64,000 nt of DNA from Patescibacteria group bacterium (GTDB taxonomy: Bacteria > Patescibacteriota > Minisyncoccia > Minisyncoccales > GWA2-38-27): the NCBI GenBank assembly GCA_020148045.1, contig JAHCRG010000016.1, positions 68 to 64,067 on the forward strand, given 5' to 3'. The translations under genes were made by a program, and so were the position numbers. Positions 1 through 8,458 of the stretch are shown one piece after another; the first letter of the stretch is position 1; the number at the start of each line of letters is the position of its first letter. The notes beneath the pieces are model-generated. The model was not told where the DNA came from. It was given only the letters and a program-made list of their open reading frames with translations, and did not search any database.

Positions 1-1
1 C

Positions 2-769
2 ACTTTAGTTATTTTACATAATGTTACTCGAGAAAAATTAGTAGATAGAATGAAAAGTGAGTTTGTTACTTTAGCTGCCCATCAGTTAAGAACTCCTCTA
101 TCAGCAGTTAAATGGAGTTTAATGATGCTTTTAGATGAAGATTTAGGAAAGTTAAACAAAGAACAAAAAAGTTTTCTTCAAGACACTTATAAAACAAACG
201 AAAAGATGATTTCCTTAGTTAATAGTCTTTTAAATGTAAGTGAGATTGAAGAGGGAAAATATCTTTCTAAAATAGTTCTCTCAAGTATTGAAGATATAAT
301 TCAATCCATAGTAGATGCCCATAAGAAAGAGATGGAAAAAAGGAAACTCAGGTTTGAATTTAAAAAACCAAGAGAACAATTGCCTAAACTTATGTTAGAT
401 GTTGAAAAAATGAAAATTGCTATTAAGAATATTTTTGACAATGCTCTAAAATATACTCTTCCCGGAGGCAAGGTTTCAATTTCTCTGAAAGGGGATGAAA
501 AGGAAATAGAAGTTCAGATTCAAGACACCGGGGTAGGAATTCTTCAATATCAACAGGGGAAAGTATTTACTAAATTCTTTCGAGGTGCTAATATAATAAA
601 AATGGAGACCGAGGGGACTGGACTTGGACTTTTTATATCCAAGAATATTATTGAAGCTCACGGAGGAAGGATTTGGTTTGAATCCGAGGAAGGGAAGGGT
701 TCAACTTTCTACTTTACTATTCCGGTAAAAGAAAGATTTGGCGAGTTTCTAACCGAGGAGTTTTATTAA
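2..769 (+). CDS. sensor histidine kinase, C-terminal part (5' end outside window)
   Basis: Frame stays open from base 2 upstream of the listed Met. H-box AAHQLRTPL, then HATPase_c boxes (DNALKYT, DTGVGI, GTGLGL). Confidence 0.85.
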   Translation, partial: TLVILHNVTREKLVDRMKSEFVTLAAHQLRTPLSAVKWSLMMLLDEDLGKLNKEQKSFLQDTYKTNEKMISLVNSLLNVSEIEEGKYLSKIVLSSIEDIIQSIVDAHKKEMEKRKLRFEFKKPREQLPKLMLDVEKMKIAIKNIFDNALKYTLPGGKVSISLKGDEKEIEVQIQDTGVGILQYQQGKVFTKFFRGANIIKMETEGTGLGLFISKNIIEAHGGRIWFESEEGKGSTFYFTIPVKERFGEFLTEEFY

Positions 770-800
770 CATTGTATTTATCTTTTAAATAGAGTAAAAT

Positions 801-864
801 AAGAAATAAGAAACAAGAAACAGGAAACAAAACTCTTGTTATCTGTTACTTGCTACTTGTTACC
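801..864. repeat. heptamer-word hairpin (AAGAAAC units vs TTGTTAC units) between the kinase and receiver genes
   Basis: Left arm (AAGAAAT)(AAGAAAC)(AAGAAAC)(AGGAAAC). Right arm (TTGTTAT)(CTGTTAC)(TTGCTAC)(TTGTTAC). About 28 paired positions with periodic A-A mismatches. Ends 6 nt before ATG 871. Confidence 0.7.
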
Positions 865-870
865 TGACGT

Positions 871-1239
871 ATGGCAAAAAAAATTTTAATAGTTGAAGAC
901 GATAAGTTTCTTCGGGAGTTAATTGCTCAGAAACTTATAAAAGAAGGTTATGATATTGTTGAAGCAGTGGATGGAGAGAAGGGAATAAAAAGCGTTAAAG
1001 AGGAAAAGCCAGATTTAATTTTGCTAGACCTTATTTTACCGGGGATAGACGGATTTGAAGTTTTAGCTAAAATAAAAGAAGACCCAGTTCTATCTCAAAT
1101 TCCAGTGATTATTTTATCAAATCTCGGACAGAAAGATGATATAGAAAGAGGGTTAAAAATTGGAGCGGTTGATTATTTGATTAAAGCCCACTTCACCCCA
1201 GGAGAAATAATCGAAAAGGTTAAGGCCGTCCTTAAATAG
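871..1239 (+). CDS. single-domain response regulator (receiver only)
   Basis: CheY-like pattern: VEDD, DLILLDLILPG, SNLG, K near the C-terminus. Paralogous to 50418..50783. Confidence 0.9.
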   Translation: MAKKILIVEDDKFLRELIAQKLIKEGYDIVEAVDGEKGIKSVKEEKPDLILLDLILPGIDGFEVLAKIKEDPVLSQIPVIILSNLGQKDDIERGLKIGAVDYLIKAHFTPGEIIEKVKAVLK

Positions 1240-1347
1240 ATATTAGATATTAGATGCTGGATATTAGATAAATTGGATTTTGGATTTTAGATAGTTTCGC
1301 CTAACACCGCCTATCGCCTCACATCTATTATCCAACACCTAATATCT
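1238..1347. repeat. heptamer-word element (AGATATT/GGATATT units) with a partner arm, upstream of mutM
   Basis: Units from 1238: AGATATT AGATATT AGATGCT GGATATT AGATAAA TTGGATT TTGGATT. 1245-1269 pairs with 1323-1347 (25 positions, 3 mismatches). Confidence 0.65.
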
Positions 1348-1359
1348 GACACCCAATTT

Positions 1360-2235
1360 GTGCCGGAGCTTCCTGAAGTAGAAACAACAGTAAGAGGTTT
1401 ACGAACAAAGGTCCTTTCGAGGACCTTTATTGATGTGTGGACGGATACTAAAAAAATAATCAAGAAACCAAAAGATTTTGAGGAATTTAGGAAACAACTC
1501 AAAGGTAAAAAGATTCAAAAAATTTGGCGGAGAGGAAAAAATATTATTTTTGGACTTTCCAAAGATTATTCTCTTTTAATCCATCAGAAATTAACCGGCC
1601 ATCTTTTAGTTGGATATTGGATATTAGATAATGGATATTGGAAACCAAAAGAAAAAGGTCTCTTAGAAGAGAAAATTAACACCTACATTCACTTATTGTT
1701 TACATTAGATAATAGAAAAATGTTGGCTCTTTCTGATTTAAGGAAATTTGCCAAAGTTGAGTTGTGGAGAACAGAAGATTTAAAAAATTCAAAAGAACTG
1801 AAAAGTTTGGGGCCAGAGCCCTTAGAAAAGAGTTTTACCTTTGAAAAATTTAAGGAAGTTTTAGAAAATAAAAAAGGAAAAGTAAAACAGGTTTTAATGA
1901 ATCAAGAAATTATTGCTGGAGTGGGAAACATTTATTCAGACGAAACATTATGGGCAGCGAAAGTTCATCCATTTAGAGATGTTTCAAAATTAAAAGAAGA
2001 GGAACTCAAAAGAATCTATCAAGCCCTCAAGAAAATTCTCAAAAAAGCAATTAAGCTTCGGGGGGAAAGCATTTCTGATTATCGGGACCCGGCTGGCCGA
2101 AAGGGAAAATTTGATAAAATAAGAAAAGTTTACCGAAGAGAAGGAGAAAGATGTTCCCGTTGTGGAACAATTATCCAAAGAAAAAAAATCGGCAGCCGCA
2201 GCTGTCACTTCTGCCCTAAATGCCAAAAATTATAA
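1360..2235 (+). CDS. mutM: formamidopyrimidine-DNA glycosylase
   Basis: N-terminal PELPEVET catalytic motif. C-terminal zinc finger CxxC...CxxC (CSRCG...CPKC). GTG start. Confidence 0.9.
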   Translation: MPELPEVETTVRGLRTKVLSRTFIDVWTDTKKIIKKPKDFEEFRKQLKGKKIQKIWRRGKNIIFGLSKDYSLLIHQKLTGHLLVGYWILDNGYWKPKEKGLLEEKINTYIHLLFTLDNRKMLALSDLRKFAKVELWRTEDLKNSKELKSLGPEPLEKSFTFEKFKEVLENKKGKVKQVLMNQEIIAGVGNIYSDETLWAAKVHPFRDVSKLKEEELKRIYQALKKILKKAIKLRGESISDYRDPAGRKGKFDKIRKVYRREGERCSRCGTIIQRKKIGSRSCHFCPKCQKL

Positions 2236-2351
2236 ATTTATCCGGGGACGGGCCTCGGGCAACTATTGACAGTGGCTTCTTCATTTGCTATTTTGTTTTA
2301 TTAGGATAGTTCTTTGTAAAAACAATAAATTCAGTTAAGAAAGGAATAACC

Positions 2352-3041
2352 ATGAAAAAAAAGACCAAAAAAACGATAGCAGGTATTCTTGGGTTTGTGG
2401 GGGTTGTGGCTTTTGTGATTTTCATATTCTCACTTGTAATAGTAATAGCGGTTATTGAAGATAGAGATACACTAGTGGAGGAACAGGAATTCTCATTTGG
2501 CGGTGCTGCCATGTTTTCGTCGGCAATCAACAATAGGGTCGAGCCCCTTATCCAGACTATCTGGGAGATGTTTGAACAGGCCAATGAGGCGGAAAAGGGC
2601 TCATATATAGGATATGCAGAGGCGCGAAGCAGTTATGAAGATGCAAAGAAGGTGCTCGAAGAGACGGTGAAAGCTGGAGACGAGGATAGTTCTCCCTTAA
2701 ACCTGCAGAGACTGATTGTTGACAAGTTTGGCAAGGCCTTCGGGGATATAAAGGTAACTATTGAGGCTGCCCCTCAGAACGTCAGGATAACCGAGAACTT
2801 CCAGAAGGTTTGCAAAAAAGTTAATGATGCATACAGCGAATTGCATTCGGAGTGCACGAAGTGGATAACTGTCTGCCAGACTTATAATACCCACCGCCGT
2901 TCTGCTTTTACAAGCGTCTGCGTTTATCTCTTCTATCCCGACAGGAAGGATTTTCCAAAGAGGATTGAATATTACCAAGGTGGCTTAACTAATATTGAAA
3001 ACTACCGAATTGATGTAGAGAAGCTTAGGTCAGATGGTTAA
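2352..3041 (+). CDS. membrane-anchored protein, possibly LemA-like
   Basis: One N-terminal TM helix. C-terminal YN..R...F motif resembles LemA only weakly. Composition is clearly more GC-rich than neighbours. Confidence 0.35.
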   Translation: MKKKTKKTIAGILGFVGVVAFVIFIFSLVIVIAVIEDRDTLVEEQEFSFGGAAMFSSAINNRVEPLIQTIWEMFEQANEAEKGSYIGYAEARSSYEDAKKVLEETVKAGDEDSSPLNLQRLIVDKFGKAFGDIKVTIEAAPQNVRITENFQKVCKKVNDAYSELHSECTKWITVCQTYNTHRRSAFTSVCVYLFYPDRKDFPKRIEYYQGGLTNIENYRIDVEKLRSDG

Positions 3042-3122
3042 AATTGTATGGGTATGTGCAAAATAAAGCATATGCCCTTTTTATTTGAAATTGTTTTTTA
3101 ATTTGGGTAATATAAAATTGCC

Positions 3123-4046
3123 ATGATTATTTTTCTTTATGGTGAAGATACATATAGGATGAGGGAGAAACTGAAAGAGATAATTGAAAGATATAAGAAA
3201 ATCCATAAAAGTGGGTTGAATTTGAAGTATTTTGATGATTTTACTAATTTGAAAGATGAAATCAGGCAAACCTCAATGTTTAAAGAGAAAAAATTAGCGG
3301 TTATAACTGATGTTTTTGCAAATCCTGATTTTAAAGAAAAGTTTTTAGAAAATAAAAAAGATTTTTTGAAAACAGAAGATATAATTTTGTTTTATCAGGA
3401 AGGAGAAATCAATAAAAATAACTCTTTATTTAAATTTCTTAAAAAAAATGCTAAGTCCCAAGAATTTAAATTCCTTGGAGGCCAAAATTTAAAAACTTGG
3501 ATTAAAAAAGAATTTGATAGATATGAAACAAAGATAGATTCAGAGGTTTTGGAAAAACTTATTGAATATATTGGCAATGACCTTTGGCAGATGAGCAATG
3601 AAATAAGAAAACTGGCGAGTTTTAAAAAAAATAAAGCAGTTCAAGCAGAGGATATTGAGCTTTTAGTAAGGTCAAAAATTGAAACTGATATTTTTAAAAC
3701 CATTGACGCTATAGCTGAAAAAAACAAAAAACAGGCCTTGAAACTGCTTCATAAACATTTAGAAAAAGGCGATTCTCCTTTATATTTACTGGCAATGATA
3801 AATTATCAATTCCGAAATCTTTTAATAGTTAAAGACCTTATCGAAAAGCACAAACCATACAATATCATTTTGAGAAAGAGCGGTCTTCATCCTTTCGTGG
3901 TTAAAAAAAGTTATTATCAATCACAGAAATTTAGTTTCCAAGAACTAAAAAAAATCTACCAGAAAATTTTTAAGGTAGACCTCGATATTAAAACTGGACG
4001 AATACAACCTGAAATAGCACTTGATTTGCTAATTACGGAAATTTAA
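3123..4046 (+). CDS. holA: DNA polymerase III delta subunit
   Basis: Typical HolA length and N-terminus (IFLYGED.Y). Helical C-terminal domain pattern. Confidence 0.75.
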   Translation: MIIFLYGEDTYRMREKLKEIIERYKKIHKSGLNLKYFDDFTNLKDEIRQTSMFKEKKLAVITDVFANPDFKEKFLENKKDFLKTEDIILFYQEGEINKNNSLFKFLKKNAKSQEFKFLGGQNLKTWIKKEFDRYETKIDSEVLEKLIEYIGNDLWQMSNEIRKLASFKKNKAVQAEDIELLVRSKIETDIFKTIDAIAEKNKKQALKLLHKHLEKGDSPLYLLAMINYQFRNLLIVKDLIEKHKPYNIILRKSGLHPFVVKKSYYQSQKFSFQELKKIYQKIFKVDLDIKTGRIQPEIALDLLITEI

Positions 4047-4051
4047 CAGGG

Positions 4052-4315
4052 TTAAACTTTTTTGTTAACTAATTTTGTTATTCTTGATTTCTTTCTATCT
4101 GCAGTATTTTTCTTGATTACATTAACTTTAGCTGCTTTATCTAATATTTTATACACCTGAGGCAAAAGTTTCTTTGCTTGTTCAATTTTTTTTTCTAAAA
4201 CTAAAGTCCTAACCTTTTTTATCAGGTCTTTCATTTTCTTTTTATAAACAAGATTTCTGGCTCTTCGTTTTACATTTTGACGAAGAGCTTTTTTAGCAGA
4301 TTTTGTTATCGGCAT
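4052..4315 (-). CDS. rpsT: 30S ribosomal protein S20
   Basis: Basic 87-aa protein starting MPITKSAKKALRQ..RR..N, as in S20. Confidence 0.9.
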   Translation of the reverse strand: MPITKSAKKALRQNVKRRARNLVYKKKMKDLIKKVRTLVLEKKIEQAKKLLPQVYKILDKAAKVNVIKKNTADRKKSRITKLVNKKV

Positions 4316-4418
4316 TGCAATTGTATATTAGCAGAAACAATAATTTTTTCAAGTTTTATTAATTGTATTTTTATAATAAATAAGTTAATATCATAGAATT
4401 AGCACTTTAACATAAAAA

Positions 4419-5918
4419 ATGAACCAAAGAATGGGAGATAATATAATGGCTGAAAAAAAACAAGATAATCAGTTTTTGCTTAGAGTGATCGTCCCAGCTT
4501 ATCCAGAGGTTAATATCTATAGCCGTATTGCGAAAAAAACAACAGCTTTAGGACCTATTATGATTGCGACATCGGCAAACGAACTATCAGGATGTAGAGT
4601 AAAAGTAACTGACGAAAACAATTTTAAAGGACCTAGGGGTAAAGACGGACTGCCTGATCATAGAGCGTTGCAAAAAGAAGATAAAGCTTCGGTAGTTGCA
4701 GTATATTGCGGACTTAGTAGCACGATAGAAAGAGCTTGGGAGACAGCTTCGTTCTATCATCGGCAAGGAGTATTTGTTATTGCTGGTGGGCTTCATGCTC
4801 ATAATTGCCCCGAGGAAACTTTAAATCATGATTTTGATATAGTTGTTCATGGTGACGGAGACGTGGTTATTCAGCAAATTCTTCTTGCTTTTGAAGAAAA
4901 AAACTTTGAAAATATTCCAGGAGTCTCTTATCTTGAAGAAGGTCAATTTAAAAGAAATGGTCCGAAAAGGAATGAAATTTTAAATTTGGACTCTCTACCT
5001 TTTCCAAATTTTGGTCTTTTGGAATACAATAATAAAATAAAGACCTATCCAATAAGTCGTATTAGAGGGTGTAATGAAGGTTGTGAATATTGCGGCGTGA
5101 GGGGAAAAGTTCGTTTTGCTAGCCCAAAACATTTATTTGATACAGTTGGTTGGTTGGTGAAAACGAGAAAAGCAAAATCTTTTTTTATTGTTGATGATAA
5201 TTCTAATGCAGACCACGAAGGAACCAAAGAATTCTTTGAGATGATTTTAACAAAGTATAAGCGACTTAAATTTGCGGTTCAAGAAAGACTGGATGATGCT
5301 GAAGATATCGGATTTTTAAAGCTTATGAAAAAAGCAGGAGTTAGAATAGTTTGCATAGGAGCTGAATCGCCTATTGACGAAGAACTAGAAGCTATGAAAA
5401 AAGGATACGATTCTTCTCAAATGCTTAAATGGCTGAAGATTTGGCGATCTCTCTTTTGGACACATGTAATGTTTATCTTTGGTTATCCTTTAAAAGAAAA
5501 AGTAACACTTATTAATGCCAGAGAAAGATTCATACTTTGGAAAAGATTTATTCGTAAGGCTTCTCCAGATAGTGTTCAAATACTACTTCCCATTCCTTTA
5601 GTAGGAACGCGTCTTAGAAAGAGAATAATGAACAGAATCTTTCCTAAAATTCAGTGGAAAAAATATGATGGAAACTTTCCTTGTTTTGAACCCAAAAACA
5701 TGACTTTAAAGGAACTTCAAGAAATGCATATCAAGCTTATGAGTAGATTTTATAACCCATGGAGTATTTTTCGGATTCCTTTGAAAATTATTACTCTTCC
5801 TCTCCATTCTTTATTTTTAGGATGGGAAGACTGGCATCGTGGATGGGATGGAATCATCACAAAATATGGAGGATATTTGACTATTAAGAAATGGAAGAAA
5901 CACAACTTGAAGAAATAA
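4419..5918 (+). CDS. B12-binding-domain radical SAM protein
   Basis: CNEGCEYC (CxxxCxxC) cluster motif preceded by a B12-binding-like Rossmann segment (VIAGGLHA..VVHGDGD). The exact start (4419 or 4446) is uncertain. Confidence 0.8.
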   Translation: MNQRMGDNIMAEKKQDNQFLLRVIVPAYPEVNIYSRIAKKTTALGPIMIATSANELSGCRVKVTDENNFKGPRGKDGLPDHRALQKEDKASVVAVYCGLSSTIERAWETASFYHRQGVFVIAGGLHAHNCPEETLNHDFDIVVHGDGDVVIQQILLAFEEKNFENIPGVSYLEEGQFKRNGPKRNEILNLDSLPFPNFGLLEYNNKIKTYPISRIRGCNEGCEYCGVRGKVRFASPKHLFDTVGWLVKTRKAKSFFIVDDNSNADHEGTKEFFEMILTKYKRLKFAVQERLDDAEDIGFLKLMKKAGVRIVCIGAESPIDEELEAMKKGYDSSQMLKWLKIWRSLFWTHVMFIFGYPLKEKVTLINARERFILWKRFIRKASPDSVQILLPIPLVGTRLRKRIMNRIFPKIQWKKYDGNFPCFEPKNMTLKELQEMHIKLMSRFYNPWSIFRIPLKIITLPLHSLFLGWEDWHRGWDGIITKYGGYLTIKKWKKHNLKK

Positions 5919-5930
5919 AACAATACAGTA

Positions 5931-5961
5931 AGTGCTGAAACTAAGTTTCAGCACTTTTTTT
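5931..5961 (+). terminator. intrinsic terminator after the radical SAM gene
   Basis: 11-bp stem AGTGCTGAAAC/GTTTCAGCACT, 3-nt loop, T6. Confidence 0.8.
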
Positions 5962-6004
5962 ATTGATTTTTAGCATAAAATTCAATATACTGAAAGTACT
6001 AAAT

Positions 6005-6577
6005 ATGATAGCTTATTTAGACGGCAAAATTATTATAAAAAAAGAAAAGTTTATTGTGTTAAATGTTAATGGAGTTGGTTATAAGGTTTTTTTATCTAAG
6101 AAGTCTTTAGCCAAACTGCCGGAGATAGAAAAACCGTTAAAGCTATTTTGTTTTTTAAACGTTAAAGAAAATATAATGGATCTTTATGGGTTTCTAAATT
6201 ATAAAGAACTTGAATTCTTTGAGATTTTAGAGAGCATCCGTGGCGTTGGTCCAAAAGCAGCTCTTGAAATTTCTTCTTTAGGGTCTTTAGAAAATATTAA
6301 AGAAAGAATTTTATCTAAAGATGAAGGGTTGTTTGATGGAATCCCGGGAATTGGCAGGAAAAAAGCAATGGCGATTATTTTAGAACTTACAGGAAAGATT
6401 AGAGATATTTCTAAGAAGTCCGCCTTCACTAAAGTTTCGGCGGACGAGGCAGAACAAGACCTTGTTGGTCTTGGTTTTTCTCGCGAAAAAGCGAGGGCTG
6501 CTTTAGCAAGGGTTCCAAAAGACATAAAAGACGCTGAACAAAAAATAAAACAAGCTTTAAAAATCTTAGGGAAATAA
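6005..6577 (+). CDS. ruvA: Holliday junction branch-migration complex subunit RuvA
   Basis: MIAYLDGKI start typical of RuvA. HhH motifs (GVGPK.A, GIGRKKA). Start moved to the internal ATG at 6005. Confidence 0.9.
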   Translation: MIAYLDGKIIIKKEKFIVLNVNGVGYKVFLSKKSLAKLPEIEKPLKLFCFLNVKENIMDLYGFLNYKELEFFEILESIRGVGPKAALEISSLGSLENIKERILSKDEGLFDGIPGIGRKKAMAIILELTGKIRDISKKSAFTKVSADEAEQDLVGLGFSREKARAALARVPKDIKDAEQKIKQALKILGK

Positions 6578-6637
6578 ATAAACAGAGTTTATTTAAAAGT
6601 TGACAAGAGTTTTTGATTTGTTAGTCTAAAAGTATAA

Positions 6638-6706
6638 ATGATGTATTCGGCGACTAAAAACATTATCAACCTTATTATTTTGGGACCTCTTATTGGAAAG
6701 GGGTAA
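6638..6706 (+). CDS. candidate 22-aa Ile/Leu-rich leader peptide (MMYSATKNIINLIILGPLIGKG)
   Basis: Short ORF hand-translated from the sequence. It overlaps alternative pairing segments upstream of the terminator at 6734..6766. No strong SD. Confidence 0.3.
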   Translation: MMYSATKNIINLIILGPLIGKG

Positions 6707-6733
6707 GTTGAATTTTGATAATTTTAACTAACT

Positions 6734-6766
6734 GGCCTCTTTCCTCAAAAAGAGGTCTTTATTTTT
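6734..6766 (+). terminator. intrinsic terminator / attenuator hairpin upstream of the LeuA-domain gene
   Basis: GGCCTCTTT (6734-6742) pairs with AAAGAGGTC (6749-6757), 9 bp including one G-U, followed by TTTATTTTT. Confidence 0.6.
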
Positions 6767-6797
6767 GGTCTTTTACAATTTAGAAAGGAGAAAGAAA

Positions 6798-7208
6798 ATG
6801 TTTGAAGTAATGAGCTTTGAAGTAAGAGTAAAGGGGAATCTAAATAGTTGTTTGGAAACAGAAGCTAAAATTAGAGTTAAAACAGAGCATGGGACAAAAT
6901 ATGAAATAGCCGAGGGTAATGGGCCGGTTAATGCTTTAGATGAGGCTTTACGTAAAGCTCTTTTGCCGTCCTGCCCATTTTTAGCAGAAGTCCAGCTTAT
7001 TGATTATAAAGTATTCATAATCAACGGAGAAAGGGGGACCGCTGCTTTGGTGAAAGTGGAGATTGTTTCTTCAGATGGTGATGGTAGATGGACTAGCCGG
7101 AGTGAATCAACCAATATCATTCAAGCCAGCTTACAAGCATTGGTAGATAGTTTTGAGCAGGCAATTTTAAGAAGTTCTGCTAAAGAAATAGCAGAACAAA
7201 CCGGCTAA
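6798..7208 (+). CDS. stand-alone LeuA-type allosteric (dimerisation/regulatory) domain protein
   Basis: GNGPVNALDEALRKAL and the following beta-alpha pattern match the C-terminal regulatory domain of isopropylmalate/citramalate synthases. AGGAG RBS at 6786-6790; start moved to ATG 6798. Confidence 0.7.
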   Translation: MFEVMSFEVRVKGNLNSCLETEAKIRVKTEHGTKYEIAEGNGPVNALDEALRKALLPSCPFLAEVQLIDYKVFIINGERGTAALVKVEIVSSDGDGRWTSRSESTNIIQASLQALVDSFEQAILRSSAKEIAEQTG

Positions 7209-7272
7209 GTAAATTAGTCGGTTTTTCTTTTTTTAATTTAAAAGTTTATGCTAATATGTTAGATTAAAAGAA

Positions 7273-8451
7273 ATGGTCAAAGAATTAATTAAAAAATTTA
7301 TTCCTGGTTTTTTGTTGGGGTTTTACCACTATTCATTAGCACTAATAGGAGCTTTTTTGTATGGGTTTCCTTCTCAGAAATTGACAGTTATTGGAGTAAC
7401 TGGGACTAGTGGGAAGTCAACAGTAGTAGAATTAGCTGCTGATATTTTTCAAGAGGCAGGATTTAAGGTTGCTTCTTTGTCTTCAATTAGATTTAAAATC
7501 AGGGATAAAGAATGGGAAAACAGATTAAAAATGACTATGCCTGGCCGTCTAAAGCTTCAGAAATTCTTGAAACAGGCAGTAAAAGCTGGTTGTAAATATG
7601 TAGTTTTGGAAGTGACTTCTGAGGGGATAGAACAATATCGTCACAAATTTATTAACTTTGGTATCGCTGCTTTAACTAATTTGAGCCCAGAACATATTGA
7701 ATCTCACGGTGGCTTTGAAAAATACCGGGCAGCAAAAGCAAAACTTTTTCAACAAACAAAAAAGACTCATATTATAAATATGGATGATGGGAATGCTAAA
7801 TATTTTTTAAAGTTCCCTGCTGAGAAAAAGATAAAATATGGAATAAATGATGCAGAAATTTCCCCCAAAAATTTAAAACTTTTAGGCAATTTTAATTTAT
7901 ACAATGCTATAACAGCGAGCAAAATCGCAATGTCTCAGGGAATTTCTTTGGAAATTTGCAAAAGAGCTTTGGAAAAAATAAAAGGAATTCCTGGGAGAAT
8001 GGAGATTGTAATTAAGGAGCCATTTACAGTAATTATTGATTATGCTCATACACCTCAAAGTCTCAAAGAAGTTTATGAAACAATAAAAAATAATAAACGC
8101 ATGGTCTGCGTGCTTGGCGCGTGCGGCGGAGGCAGAGATAAATGGAAAAGACCTGTTTTGGGGAAAATAGCTGCTGAACACTGCCAGGAAGCGATTATAA
8201 CCAATGAAGATCCTTATGATGAAGAGCCAATGGAAATAATTGAACAAGTGGCGGAGGGAGCTCAAGGAAAAGCTAGAAAGATATTGGATAGAAAGGAGGC
8301 AATTAAGAAGGCATTAGAATTAGCTAATCCAGGAGATATAGTAATAATTACTGGCAAAGGTTCAGAACCCTGGATGTGTGTTGCTAAAGGCAAAAAAATC
8401 CCTTGGGACGATAGGCAAATGGTTAAGGATTTGATTTTTTCAAAAAAATAA
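7273..8451 (+). CDS. Mur ligase family protein (MurE-like)
   Basis: P-loop GVTGTSGKST, LTNLSPEHIESHG, DYAHTP, and a GKG..P C-terminal domain. Confidence 0.75.
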   Translation: MVKELIKKFIPGFLLGFYHYSLALIGAFLYGFPSQKLTVIGVTGTSGKSTVVELAADIFQEAGFKVASLSSIRFKIRDKEWENRLKMTMPGRLKLQKFLKQAVKAGCKYVVLEVTSEGIEQYRHKFINFGIAALTNLSPEHIESHGGFEKYRAAKAKLFQQTKKTHIINMDDGNAKYFLKFPAEKKIKYGINDAEISPKNLKLLGNFNLYNAITASKIAMSQGISLEICKRALEKIKGIPGRMEIVIKEPFTVIIDYAHTPQSLKEVYETIKNNKRMVCVLGACGGGRDKWKRPVLGKIAAEHCQEAIITNEDPYDEEPMEIIEQVAEGAQGKARKILDRKEAIKKALELANPGDIVIITGKGSEPWMCVAKGKKIPWDDRQMVKDLIFSKK

Positions 8452-8458
8452 ATAAAAT

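Noticed and set aside
1245-1347. The idea that every word-hairpin is optimised (G-U rather than A-C) for the sense transcript
   Set aside because: This holds for the hairpins at 48520 and 53067. The mutM-upstream hairpin and the hsp20-internal pair have mismatches that would be wobbles only on the antisense strand, so the generalisation is not supported.
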